A stretch of DNA of 64,000 nt. It comes from an uncultured Methanomicrobiaceae archaeon. GTDB taxonomy: Archaea > Halobacteriota > Methanomicrobia > Methanomicrobiales > Methanoculleaceae. The notes under the pieces are model-generated. The model had not been told where the DNA came from. It saw nothing but the letters and a program-made list of their open reading frames with translations, and made no database searches. The DNA is taken from contig CAWGXH010000005.1 of assembly GCA_963826525.1 (NCBI GenBank), positions 96,001-160,000 of the forward strand, in the 5' to 3' direction. Numbering within the stretch: the first letter of the stretch is position 1; each line of letters starts with the position of its first letter. The position numbers were made by a program, and so were the translations under genes. Positions 52,372 through 62,745 of this stretch are shown here, in pieces.

Positions 52372-52866
52372 ATGGAAAAACGTTTTTTTGTGGAAGAGAA
52401 TGCCGTCATTATCGGCATCGGGGACTACCGGGTCGGTTCGTCCTCTATGGCCACCGTAGGGCTCGGCTCCTGCGTTGCGCTGATTCTCCACGACGCCAGG
52501 CGTTCGATAGGCGGGCTTGCGCATATCATGCTGCCGGAGAGCCGCGGGGCTCCTACCGACAGGCCCGGGAAGTTTGCGGATACCGCACTTGCTGTGCTGG
52601 TGAGCGAGATGGAGGCGCTCGGCTCCACCCGGGGATCGATGGTGGCCAAACTCGTCGGTGGAGCAAGCATGTTCGCGTACTCCGGCACCAGCCTCAATAT
52701 CGGAGAGCGGAACGTGGAAGCGATCCGGTCTCTCCTGCAGGGGCAGCGCCTGCGGATCGACGGCGAGGAGACGGGAGGAAAGGTCGGACGATCGGTCATC
52801 TACCGGCCTTCCGAAGGCGGCCGGACAACGGTGAAGCGGGCTGATGGCAGATGCGTCGTCCTCTGA
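52372..52866 (+). CDS. cheD: Chemoreceptor glutamine deamidase CheD
   Basis: GLGSCV, AHIMLP, KFAD, GGASMF, NIGERN. Confidence 0.94.
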   Translation: MEKRFFVEENAVIIGIGDYRVGSSSMATVGLGSCVALILHDARRSIGGLAHIMLPESRGAPTDRPGKFADTALAVLVSEMEALGSTRGSMVAKLVGGASMFAYSGTSLNIGERNVEAIRSLLQGQRLRIDGEETGGKVGRSVIYRPSEGGRTTVKRADGRCVVL

Positions 52867-54396
52867 TCGTCCTTCTCCTCCTCCTCTTCTGTATACATCC
52901 GGCAACTGCTGCCGCTGTTCTTTTTATTCCCCAATCGGATACGTTGATCCTCTCCGACGGCGTTAAGGAGATGATCAACGGCCCCTCCGGAGAGGTGATC
53001 TTTGCCACGGACCGAGGTCTCTCCATCTACGATACCGGCGGAGTCTGGCATGCAGTCCGGATGAGCCGGAACAGCAGCGAGGGTCTCCTTCGGGATATGG
53101 TGACGGCGGTCGAATTCGATCGCCAGGGGAGGCTCTGGCTCGGATATCCGGGCGGCCTGCAGATATCGGACGGCACCGGCTATGAGACGATCCAGGATCA
53201 GCAGCTCCCTCAAGAACCTCCAGATCAACGAGATCACCCGCCGGGACGGCGAGATCTGGGTTGCGACCGGCCACTCCGGCCTGCACTGTTGTGTCAACGG
53301 CACGTGGACCTGGTACAAGCCCTACGGAGAGGCGGGGCTCGGATGTCGGGAGATCGTGAGCATGGCGGTCGATGCTCGGACCGGGTCGCTCGTGGTAGGA
53401 TCGGCCGGTGAAGGTCTCTGGCTGCTCGAGAAGAACGCGGGCTCTGCCCGGTTCCTGCAGGTGACGGACGGAGGTAGGCCGGTCGAGCTGATGCAGCAGG
53501 TCCGCCCCGACCCCTTTGGCGGCGTGTACATCTTCAACAAGACGCAGATTCTCCGGTTCTCTCCGCCGGGTACGATAGAGACGGTACTTAACGTCGCCGA
53601 TCTCGGCGAACCGCAGAACGGTATCAACGATCTCGTCGCAACCCCGCATGGCATGCTGATCCTCGCGACCGACCGGGGTATCTTCGGCTGGGGTGAGAAC
53701 GGTGTCGGGATGCACAGAACTGCCGGGGACGGTATCGGTTCCGATATCGTGAAGAACGTCTTCATCGATACGGCCGGGAGATGCTGGTTCGTCGTCCCGG
53801 GAGCGGTCGGCTACCTGCCTGCCGTCGAGGAGACGACCTCCCTTGCTATCAGTGCCCCACCGGGAACCGCATCCGGTACCCCTCCTGTCAGCCCCGAACC
53901 GCAAGCGTCGCCCGCGAGCCGCCGGGAATCCTGGCCAGAGCCGCTCCCGGGAGATTCACGGATGGATGCCGGCACCGGAACCTATCCCGGTGTGGATATC
54001 TTCGCTGCTTTTGTCTCCGTGGCGAACGAAGCGCTCGGGGATTCGGCGTGGACCCTGCAGCGCTCGATCAACGGGCTCGCGGTTCAGGTGGCGGGCTCGC
54101 CGGTATTCCCCGATCTCCCCGATGAGATGCCGTCGGAGGCGGCTCGTATCGCGGAGAACCTGTCAGGGGAGCAGGAAACGAACTTCATCGAGGGTATCGG
54201 CGATTCGGTGCGGGGAATCTTTACGGAGGAGCCAAGCGAGACCGGGCAGTTCAGCGGCTCGGGTGTCCACGATCTCATCGACCGGTATGTCCCGGGCGGG
54301 ATGGAGGTCGACAGAAACGACCTCCACGACCTGATCAATCGGAGTTCGGACGATCAGAATGCGCTGAACAGGAGCGCCGCTTCTCCGGGACTCTAG
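52851..54396 (+). CDS. Secreted beta-propeller protein (two-component regulator propeller-like), frameshifted near 53208
   Basis: Signal peptide; repeated blades ATDRGL, DRQGRLWLG, IWVATG, DTAGRCWF. Confidence 0.75.
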
Positions 54397-54685
54397 GTCG
54401 AAAGCGCTATCCATTTTGGAGAATCCCCGGGATGGCGATACTCCACTTTTCTGGAAGTTCCACCCCACTCATTCCGCACTCCGCACTGCACGGCGGGCGT
54501 CTGTCGTCCATCCGGTAACCGCGTTATGCCAGTTCCCGGGCACGCCCACCCTAGTCTGGGAGGCGAGATCGAGTCGGATTCTGGGGCTATCGGATCAGGG
54601 GGAAAGTGCAGATGAGGCTCGACCGACGCCTTCCAACCAAGAGAGTATTCGTATGGAATATCCCCTGCTATTGAGGTCACCCCGG

Positions 54686-54752
54686 ACATTCTCTGCCGGG
54701 AGGGGGACGCACCCCCCTCATTGCGATACCCCGGAGAAGCCGTGCTCGCCCT
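54686..54752 (+). repeat. Dispersed intergenic hairpin repeat, copy B
   Basis: ACATTC...GAGGGGG-ACGCAC-CCCCCTC-ATTGCGATACCCCGGAGAAGCCGTGC. Confidence 0.7.
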
Positions 54753-54877
54753 CAGGCACCTTGTGCGGGTCATATCACTGCTATCTGCCTGTGAACGCTT
54801 CGATCGAGAGGCCAGCAATTCCCGGCTCTCATGGGATCTGCTCTGCGAGGAGTTTCCGAAAAAAAGAGGGGTGACTA

Positions 54878-56650
54878 TTAACTCTTCGAGATATCCGAGT
54901 AATAGTAATCGCCGATGGACATCTGCTCCCGGTCGAGGTACGAACCCGGTTTATTGATCCGCGGCCTGCCGCTCTTGTCCCGGCGGAAGGTGATCCCGAG
55001 TTGCTTTAAGAAGATATTCATGCCGTCTGCCATATCGAACGGCCCCGTGGCTTTTCCGTGGACGCCGGGTTCGCCGTCGAAGACCAGTATCCGGTCGCTG
55101 ATCATATCGATCAGGTAGATATCGTGGTCGATGACGAGCGTGCTCGAGTTTCTTCCCTCGGCATGCTTCCGTATGAGCCGCGTGATCTTTACCCGCTGTT
55201 CGACGTCGAGGTGGGCACTGGGCTCATCGAGAATGTAGAGGTCGGCATCGCGGGAGAGGCAGAGCGCGATGGCGAGGCGCTGCAGCTCACCGCCGGAGAG
55301 CGAGCTCGCCGACGACTGGAGGATGGGGGCAAGCGTGAGCGGTTCGATGATCTCGTGCTGGTAGAACGATGAGTCGAACTTCGTGGTGCACTGACGGAGG
55401 AGCTCTTCGACCGTAGCCTCCGTGTTCCCTTTGATATACTGGGGCTTGTAGGAGATCCTGACCCGCTGATCCATCGAGCCCGTATCCGGCTCGAGCGTGC
55501 CCGCAAGGAGCTGGGCAAAGGTACTCTTACCGATACCGTTCGCGCCGACCACACCGAGCACTTCGCCCGACCGGATCTCGCCGCCGTCGACCTGGAGTGA
55601 GAACGCCCCGAAACTCTTCGTCATTGTCGGGAACTCGAGCAGCACCTCCCGCTGTGCGTCGCTTGCGTGCGCCCGCCGTTCGAAGAGCACCTGGTACTCG
55701 CGGAATCTGACGTTCTCTTCGGAGAGATACCCTTCCAGATACTGATTGATCCCGACCCTGACACCCTTCGGGTAGGTGATGATGCCGTACACCGACGGTT
55801 GACCGTAGGCGATGTGCACCGTATCGGCAAGCATATCGAGGATAGCAAGGTCGTGCTCGACGATGATGACGGGACGCTCGCGAGCGAGCTCGCGGATCAG
55901 GTTTGCGGCGGCCATCCGCTGGTAGATGTCGAGGAACGGGGTGATCTCGTCGAAGAAGTAGAAGTCGGCATCCTTCGCCAGGCACGCCGTCAGAGCGACA
56001 CGCTGGAGTTCTCCGCCGGAAAGAGCGGCGATGGGCCGATCCAGGATCGACCGGAGCGAGAGTCTGTCGATATAGGTGTCAAGCATCCCCCGCTCATCGG
56101 TGGCCGAGAGGAGCTGCCGGGCGGTGCCGGAGAAGATTTTCGGGATATGGTCGATGTACTGCGGCTTGAGCGATACTTTGACATTCTTCTGCGAGACCAT
56201 CTGAAGGTAGTCGAAGAGCTCGGAGCCGGCGTACAGTTTCAGCACATCCTTCCAGTCCGGCCTGCCGTCCGGCTCGCCGAGGTTCGGCACGAGATTGCCG
56301 GAGAGGATCTGCACCGATGTGCTCTTCCCGATACCGTTTGCGCCGAGGATACCCGTGACCTTCCCCTCGATCGGGATAGGAAGGCCGTAGAGCACGAACC
56401 CGTTCACCCCGTAGCGGTGCGTCGGCTGGCTCAGTTTTTCGGGAAGATTGACGATATTGATCGCCTCGAACGGGCACTTCTTGACACAGATACCGCATCC
56501 GACGCAGAGTTCCTCCGAGATGACGGCTTTGTTGTCTTCCCCGATGAGGACCGTCTCGTCGCCCGTCCGCACGCGGGGGCAGTAGAGAATGCACTCCGTT
56601 CCGCACTTGACCGGGTGGCACCGGTTCCTATGAACTACTGCTATACGCAT
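54878..56650 (-). CDS. rli: Ribosome recycling ATPase ABCE1/Rli1
   Basis: N-terminal Fe-S domain; two NBDs (GANGIGKS twice, LSGGELQR twice); C-terminal RPRINK. Confidence 0.97.
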   Translation of the reverse strand: MRIAVVHRNRCHPVKCGTECILYCPRVRTGDETVLIGEDNKAVISEELCVGCGICVKKCPFEAINIVNLPEKLSQPTHRYGVNGFVLYGLPIPIEGKVTGILGANGIGKSTSVQILSGNLVPNLGEPDGRPDWKDVLKLYAGSELFDYLQMVSQKNVKVSLKPQYIDHIPKIFSGTARQLLSATDERGMLDTYIDRLSLRSILDRPIAALSGGELQRVALTACLAKDADFYFFDEITPFLDIYQRMAAANLIRELARERPVIIVEHDLAILDMLADTVHIAYGQPSVYGIITYPKGVRVGINQYLEGYLSEENVRFREYQVLFERRAHASDAQREVLLEFPTMTKSFGAFSLQVDGGEIRSGEVLGVVGANGIGKSTFAQLLAGTLEPDTGSMDQRVRISYKPQYIKGNTEATVEELLRQCTTKFDSSFYQHEIIEPLTLAPILQSSASSLSGGELQRLAIALCLSRDADLYILDEPSAHLDVEQRVKITRLIRKHAEGRNSSTLVIDHDIYLIDMISDRILVFDGEPGVHGKATGPFDMADGMNIFLKQLGITFRRDKSGRPRINKPGSYLDREQMSIGDYYYSDISKS

Positions 56651-56656
56651 GGTGCA

Positions 56657-57034
56657 TCACAGTACATTTGGCGTCAGTACATTTGTTGTCAGAAGGAGCG
56701 TCCAGGTTATGAACCAGAGGGCGAACGCCATGAATCCCTGATAGAACCAGTCTTTGCTGGTCAGCTCCATGTAGTCGATCTTCAGGAGCATGAAGACGTG
56801 TTTCTGAAATACGATGCCTGCAAGGAGGAGAATTGCTCCAATGATGGCATTTTGCTGCAGGCCGGTTACCGGATCGGCGGTGCCGGCGAGGTAGAATGAG
56901 AGGCCTCCCGTTATAATTCCCATAAAACAGGCGACGAGCGTACGCCTGATGCGCTTCTCGTGCTCGACCCTCTTTTCCGCACGGGTTTTCACACCGCTTT
57001 TTTCGCTCTTAGTCTCTATCGCTTCATCACTCAT
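56657..57034 (-). CDS. Three-TM membrane protein (archaeal EMC6-like)
   Basis: Three TMs and KDWFYQGFM...WFITWT; 6 nt upstream of ABCE1. Confidence 0.65.
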   Translation of the reverse strand: MSDEAIETKSEKSGVKTRAEKRVEHEKRIRRTLVACFMGIITGGLSFYLAGTADPVTGLQQNAIIGAILLLAGIVFQKHVFMLLKIDYMELTSKDWFYQGFMAFALWFITWTLLLTTNVLTPNVL

Positions 57035-57290
57035 TATGACACCAGTGGATGAAATGTTCCTGCACGTGGAAGGTGGTATTTCAGAATCGGCCCGGCCTCT
57101 ATCGGTGCTGCTTCCCGGCTGGTCCCGGGTTTTCACCGAAGGGCGGACGCAGAATCACTATAGAATAGGGTCTTCTCCTGTTATAAAGGTGAGTCCCTGC
57201 ACGATTCATGCGTCCGCCCCGTCACGCCTCCCGTGATCGCCGGCCCTGCGGTTATTTTAAGGACAAGGGCCGTACAGTATTCCGGAACCA

Positions 57291-59177
57291 ATGGCAACAC
57301 TTCAGGGAATGAGCGGAGTGGATATCCGGGCGATCGTTTCGGAGCTGAACGCCCGGATACCTCTCTGGATCGGAAAGATCTACCAGTTCGACGACAAATC
57401 GGTCGGCATCAGGCTAAACGGCGAGGAAAAGGCGAAATATTTCTTCCTGGCAGAGCCGGGGAGGCGCGCCCACCTGGTCGGCGAGCTTCCGACACCGCCG
57501 AAGAATCCCCCGAGCTTTGCCATGCTGCTTCGAAAGCACCTCGACGGCGGCAGGGTGCTCGGGGTAGAGCAGCTCGGCCTTGAGAGAACCTTCGCCCTTG
57601 CCGTCGGGAAGAGGGGTACGACGTATCACCTCGTCTTCGAACTCTTCGACGACGGAAACGTGATTCTCTGCGATGCCGAGTGGACGATCATCAAGCCCCT
57701 CTGGCACCACCGGTTTAAAGGCCGCGATGTCATTCCGGGTGTGACATACGCATTCGCGAGTAGCGACTGCTCGGGGCTTTCGCTTGAGGCGTTCTCGGCG
57801 ATGCTTCGCGAGTCCGACCGCGACATCGTCCGGACGCTCGCCGTCGTCTGCATGCTCGGAGGGCAGTATGCGGAAGAGGTCTGCTCGCGAGCGGGTGTGG
57901 ATAAGACGCTCCCGGCAGGTGAGGCGGATCCGGTGGCGCTGCACGCTGCCTTTGTGGGTCTTCTCGATCAGGTCGGGGAGAGGCGCGAGCCGGTCATCAC
58001 TTCGTCGGGCTGCTGGCCGATCCCGATCGGGAACGCGCCTGTTCTTCAGCGGTTCGAGACGTTCAACGAGGCGCTGGATGCATTCTATCCTGCAGCCCGG
58101 AAGGAAGAGGTGAAGGCGGGGAAACCGCGCCTGACAAAGGAAGAGGTCATCAGAAAGCGGCAGATTGAGGCTATTGCAGGGTTTGAGGATAAGACCGAAC
58201 GCTACGAGCGTGTCGTGGAACGGCTCTACGAGAACTACACGCTCGTCGCGGACGTCATCACGACGCTCGATACCGCGAGCCGGCAGCGATCGTGGCAGGA
58301 GATCGAGGAAGTCCTGAAAGGAAGCGACCACCCGGCGGCACGGGTGATCCGTGCCGTCCACCCTGCGGAAGCGGCGGTCGAGGTGGATATCGGAGAGCGG
58401 GTAAAGATCTTCGTCCACGAGACGCCCGAGCAGAATGTCGGCCGCTACTACGACCTGATCAAGAAGTTCAGAAAGAAGAAGGCCGGAGCTCTCGCTGCGA
58501 TGGCGCGGGCGATTGTGCAGAAGCCCCGCCGGAAGGTTACGCTTGCGGTGCAGAAGAAACGCTGGTTCCACCGGTTCCGATGGTTTTACACCAGCGATAA
58601 CGTCCTCGTCCTCGGCGGGAGGGATGCCTCCCAGAACGAGGAGCTGGTCAAGCGCTACATGGAGGGCGGGGATACGTTCGTCCATGCCGATGTCCACGGT
58701 GCCAGTATCGTCATCGTCAAGGGGACGACGGAGCATATGGAAGAGGCGGTTCAGTTCGCGGCGTCCTACTCGAACGCCTGGAAAGCCGGCCACTTTGCGG
58801 CGACCGTGTATGCCGCACGCCCCGATCAGGTGAGCAAGACTCCGGAGTCGGGCGAGTTCGTTGCCCGGGGCGCTTTCATCATCCGCGGCGAGCGGACGTA
58901 CTACCGGAACGTGCCGCTCGGCGTCTCTATCGGCCTGCAGATGACGCCTGAGGTAGCGGTCATCGGCGGGCCTCCGGATGCGGTTGCAGACCGGACGAAG
59001 GTGCGGGTCGACCTGCTGCCCGGCCAGTTCGAGCCGAACGATACCGCGAAGAAGGTCGTTCGGGCTCTGCGCCAGCAGCTCTCCGAGGATGAGTGGACGG
59101 GTCTGAAAACCGTGCTGAACACCGAGGCGGTTGCGGGGTTCGTGCCGCCGGGCGGATCGGATATCATAGAGTCATGA
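57291..59177 (+). CDS. rqcH: Ribosome quality-control protein RqcH (NEMF/NFACT)
   Basis: PPSFAMLLRKHL, ELF..GN, WFHRFRWF, GGRDASQNE, HADVHGA, QVSKTPESGE. Confidence 0.94.
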   Translation: MATLQGMSGVDIRAIVSELNARIPLWIGKIYQFDDKSVGIRLNGEEKAKYFFLAEPGRRAHLVGELPTPPKNPPSFAMLLRKHLDGGRVLGVEQLGLERTFALAVGKRGTTYHLVFELFDDGNVILCDAEWTIIKPLWHHRFKGRDVIPGVTYAFASSDCSGLSLEAFSAMLRESDRDIVRTLAVVCMLGGQYAEEVCSRAGVDKTLPAGEADPVALHAAFVGLLDQVGERREPVITSSGCWPIPIGNAPVLQRFETFNEALDAFYPAARKEEVKAGKPRLTKEEVIRKRQIEAIAGFEDKTERYERVVERLYENYTLVADVITTLDTASRQRSWQEIEEVLKGSDHPAARVIRAVHPAEAAVEVDIGERVKIFVHETPEQNVGRYYDLIKKFRKKKAGALAAMARAIVQKPRRKVTLAVQKKRWFHRFRWFYTSDNVLVLGGRDASQNEELVKRYMEGGDTFVHADVHGASIVIVKGTTEHMEEAVQFAASYSNAWKAGHFAATVYAARPDQVSKTPESGEFVARGAFIIRGERTYYRNVPLGVSIGLQMTPEVAVIGGPPDAVADRTKVRVDLLPGQFEPNDTAKKVVRALRQQLSEDEWTGLKTVLNTEAVAGFVPPGGSDIIES

Positions 59178-60199
59178 AGGCGGAATATCTCGAGATCAAG
59201 CGTTCGTACGGCGAGATTCGGCTCTTCCCGGAGACGCTCGACGACATCTGGCACCTTCTGCACCTGATCGCCCCGGGCGACCTCGTCTTTGCGACGACGT
59301 TCCGGAGCGTCGAGTCGGCGAGCGACAAACTCCGTCCCGAGAAAACGGAGAAGCGGCCGGTCCGGCTCGGGGTGCGGGTGGAGAAGGTCGAGTTTCACCA
59401 CCATGCAAACCGCCTCCGCATCACCGGGATCATCGAGAGCGGGATGGATGCAGGTATGTACCATACCCTGAACGTCGAGCCCGGGTACGAACTCTCGGTC
59501 ATCAAGCAGTGGCGGCCGGTCGACCTTGCGCGGATCGAACGGGCGGTCGCGGCATCGATCTTCGGTGTCGTGCACGTCGTGAGCATGGAGGAGGGTGAAG
59601 CGGAGATATTCCGTCTCCGCCAGTTCGGCCCCGAACCCGTCACCACGATCACCCTCGGCCGCGGCAAGGGGGCAGACCAGGATTCGAGGTCGGCACTCTT
59701 CGAAAAGACCCTCGAGTACGTCCGGGACGTCACCGGGCCGCTGATCGTTGCAGGGCCCGGCTTTGTCAAGGACGATTTTGCCAGGTTCCTCCGGCGAGAG
59801 GCTCCGGAGCGTGCCGAGCGGATGACTGTCGTCGATACGCGCCGTATCGGTCGCGGTGCGGTCTCGGAGGTCGTCGGCCTCGGCATCCTCGACCAGCTGG
59901 CAGGCGATCTCCATCTCGCCCGCGAGGTCCGGATGATGGACGAGATGCTGGCGCGGATTGCGAAGGACGGCGCCGTCAGTTACGGCATCGGCGAGGTCGG
60001 AAAGGCGATCGATTACGGTGCCGTCGAAACGATCCTCGTCGTCGACACGCTGCTCCGCGATGAGACCGTCGCGGCCGCCATCGAGCGTGCCGAGTTCGTC
60101 AACGCGTCGGTGGTGGTGCTGAGCACCGAGTTCGAACCGGGGCAGCGTCTTTTGGCGCTCGGCGGTATTGCCGCGCTCCTGCGCTATAAGATCGAGTGA
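59174..60199 (+). CDS. pelA: Pelota (Dom34)
   Basis: PETLDDIWHL, RLRITG, YHTL, AGPGF, LGGIAALLRY; ATGA overlap with rqcH. Confidence 0.95.
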   Translation: MKAEYLEIKRSYGEIRLFPETLDDIWHLLHLIAPGDLVFATTFRSVESASDKLRPEKTEKRPVRLGVRVEKVEFHHHANRLRITGIIESGMDAGMYHTLNVEPGYELSVIKQWRPVDLARIERAVAASIFGVVHVVSMEEGEAEIFRLRQFGPEPVTTITLGRGKGADQDSRSALFEKTLEYVRDVTGPLIVAGPGFVKDDFARFLRREAPERAERMTVVDTRRIGRGAVSEVVGLGILDQLAGDLHLAREVRMMDEMLARIAKDGAVSYGIGEVGKAIDYGAVETILVVDTLLRDETVAAAIERAEFVNASVVVLSTEFEPGQRLLALGGIAALLRYKIE

Positions 60200-60217
60200 A
60201 AAAAGGATTGTGAGGAG

Positions 60218-60942
60218 TTACTCCTCGGTCTCTTCGCTCTCTGCTTCTACGATAGCTTCCGCGGGCGGCATCTCCTTCTGCTCCGGCCGCTTGAACGTCT
60301 CCTTCATCACGACCTCGTTGATGTCTTTCAGGTACTCGAAGATCTCACGGATCAGGGTGCCTCTCCAGACCATCCAGCGGCGGTCGTAGGTGATCGCGGG
60401 GGGAGGAGGAACTCGGCCGTGCCGTCCGTAATGGAGAACTCGAGATCGGTTCTGCCCGTATACAACTTGATAAGACCGCGGATCTGCTCGGTCGCATCCT
60501 CGACCTTCTCCTCGATCTTGTACTGGTAGGTGAGTGTCTTGCCGGCGAGCGGGTGGTTGAAGTCGACAAGCGCCCTCTTTCCGATGACATTGACGACGAC
60601 ACCTTCACGGTTCTCGACCTCGATCCGCATCCCCACTTTCGGTTTCTCCCGGAACTGGGAGGTCTGTATCGACCGGACGGCGGTTTTGTCGTGCTCACCG
60701 AATGCTTTCTCCGCCGGCACGTCGACTTCGCCCTCGTCGCCCACTTCCTTGCCGATCAGGGCCTCTTCAAGGCCGATGATCACATGGTGGCTGCCGACAC
60801 GGATGGTGACGGGGCCATACTCGGCCTGCGGGTTGTACATCCCCTCCTCTTTTGCGATCTCTTCGGAGGTGGTATCAAAGACATTGTCACCTACACGTCC
60901 GGTGTAGGTGAGTTTAACAAAATTTCCTTCTTCAATTGCCAT
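60218..60942 (-). CDS. Long-type archaeal FKBP peptidyl-prolyl isomerase, frameshifted at a homopolymer near 60400
   Basis: YTG...VFDTT, IIGLEEAL, KAFG, VDFNHPLAGK; acidic tail in the next frame. Confidence 0.92.
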
Positions 60943-61235
60943 AAAATTCACCTTGGCGATAATGTGTTCAAACAGATTCCAGTGAGTGTACCATTGCGTT
61001 CGGTATCGTGCACTGCTTCGATGTTCCATTTCATTTGTTGCGAATGGTATTTATAGATGATTCCATGAACCCCGGAAGAGTCGTGCAGAAGGGCCTATTC
61101 GACCGAATCCATCATCCCGGCCGGATATTCTCAGGCTCACGTCCCGCCGCTCTCCCGGATACACGGCTCCTGGCTCTGCATTATATTGAAGTAGGTGCAG
61201 AGCCAGGCAGGGTCGGAGTTGAGGAGGAGCGAACT

Positions 61236-62702
61236 ATGGAACCGGTTCTCATGGGTCTTTCCCGGAGCCCGTACGCACCGTGCCCGCCGGAACTGTTCGC
61301 CGGGCGCGAACCGGAACGAGTGCGGATTATGGAGGCGCTCTCCCGGGCACGGGATGCCGGTCAGGTGGTGCTGCTCTCGGGGAGGGCAGGATCCGGCAAA
61401 AGTTCGCTCCTGAACTGGGTTGGCGGGCAGATCCTGCCGGGAGGTGAACAGAGTCTTCCGGTGCACCGGGAGTTTTACCTGGCGCCCGATCTGGTTTTAG
61501 TTGTCTACCGCGAGATACTGACGGCGATCAGGCGGAGCGGGCCTTCCGGAACCGGTTCTGATCCGGCCGTCCGGCAGGCTTCGGATCTCGTCGACCGGTT
61601 TACCGCACCGGTCGATCCGGTCGGCCTGCTTGCCCGGAGCGGGGAGGAGATCATCGGCGTCTTTGCGGATGTCGGCGGCGTTTCGCTCGATCGGCTGCTC
61701 TCGTCGTATCTTGCTGCCCTCCGGGCTGTCGGAGAGACGATGAGCAGGAACGGCGGCGTGCTTGTTCTCCTGCTGGATGACCTCCAGTGGGCTCCGGAGC
61801 CGGACTTTCGCCTCACCCTGGAACTCATCCGGCAGCATCCGCCGGGCATTGCTCTCGTTCTCGCCTGCGACCCCGATGACCCTCTCCGCTACCGGCGGGT
61901 GCTCGAGGTTCTCAAAGAAGCGGGAGGGATGGAGATATCCCTCGCCGGCCTTGGCACGGCGGAGGTCCGGGACCTTGCCCGGCGGCGATTCGATCTCTCG
62001 GTACCGGAAGGAGCATCGGAACTCCTCGCACGCACGATCGGTGACCCGCTTGGGCTGACAGTCTTCTTCACCCAGGTCGGGCTCCGGGGTCTGACGCCGG
62101 ATGAAAAGACCGTCGGGGTGCTTCTTCCCGGGCTACGGAGCCCTGCAGCACGTATCTACGCTGAAGAAGCACCCCTGCAGCAGGAGCGGGCGAAGACTCT
62201 CGCGGTCTTAAGCCCGCCGTTTCATCCGGCGGCGGCCGCATGCATGCTCGAGGATGACCGGATGGGCCTTTCGCAGGTGGAGGTCTCTCTTTCGGAGAGC
62301 GCCCTCTTTCGGGGAGTCGGGCACGACAGGTACGATTTTGCGCATCCTCTGCTCCGGGAGTACTGCACGGCTCAGCTTACGGAGCAGGAGCGGTTCCTCC
62401 TGCACGGTCGGGCGGCGCGTTGCTTCGAGCGGCTCCTCGAGCGCCTGCCCGGGCGACAGCATGCCCTCGTCTCGCTCGTCCGCCACCTCTTTGCGGCCGG
62501 TGAGTATGCCCGGGCACTCGCCCTCTCTCTTGAGCTCGGGCGGCGCTACTACGAGGTTGCCGCATACGATACTGCCCTTATGCTGACACGCCAGGCAATA
62601 GTCGCCGCAGGAGAGACGCGAGATAGGGAAACTCGTGCTGCCGCAGAAGAGCAGAGAGATCTGATTATCAGTACCACGGAAGACCGGGCAGATGGGGGGT
62701 GA
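61236..62702 (+). CDS. STAND-like (AAA_16-type) ATPase with winged-helix and short TPR-like tail
   Basis: FAGREPE, Walker A GRAGSGKS, Walker B LLLDDLQW, YDFAHPLLREY, helical repeats. Confidence 0.8.
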   Translation: MEPVLMGLSRSPYAPCPPELFAGREPERVRIMEALSRARDAGQVVLLSGRAGSGKSSLLNWVGGQILPGGEQSLPVHREFYLAPDLVLVVYREILTAIRRSGPSGTGSDPAVRQASDLVDRFTAPVDPVGLLARSGEEIIGVFADVGGVSLDRLLSSYLAALRAVGETMSRNGGVLVLLLDDLQWAPEPDFRLTLELIRQHPPGIALVLACDPDDPLRYRRVLEVLKEAGGMEISLAGLGTAEVRDLARRRFDLSVPEGASELLARTIGDPLGLTVFFTQVGLRGLTPDEKTVGVLLPGLRSPAARIYAEEAPLQQERAKTLAVLSPPFHPAAAACMLEDDRMGLSQVEVSLSESALFRGVGHDRYDFAHPLLREYCTAQLTEQERFLLHGRAARCFERLLERLPGRQHALVSLVRHLFAAGEYARALALSLELGRRYYEVAAYDTALMLTRQAIVAAGETRDRETRAAAEEQRDLIISTTEDRADGG

Positions 62703-62745
62703 TATTATGGCTGGAGGGCGAAACCGTAACGGAAGTGTTAGAGCA

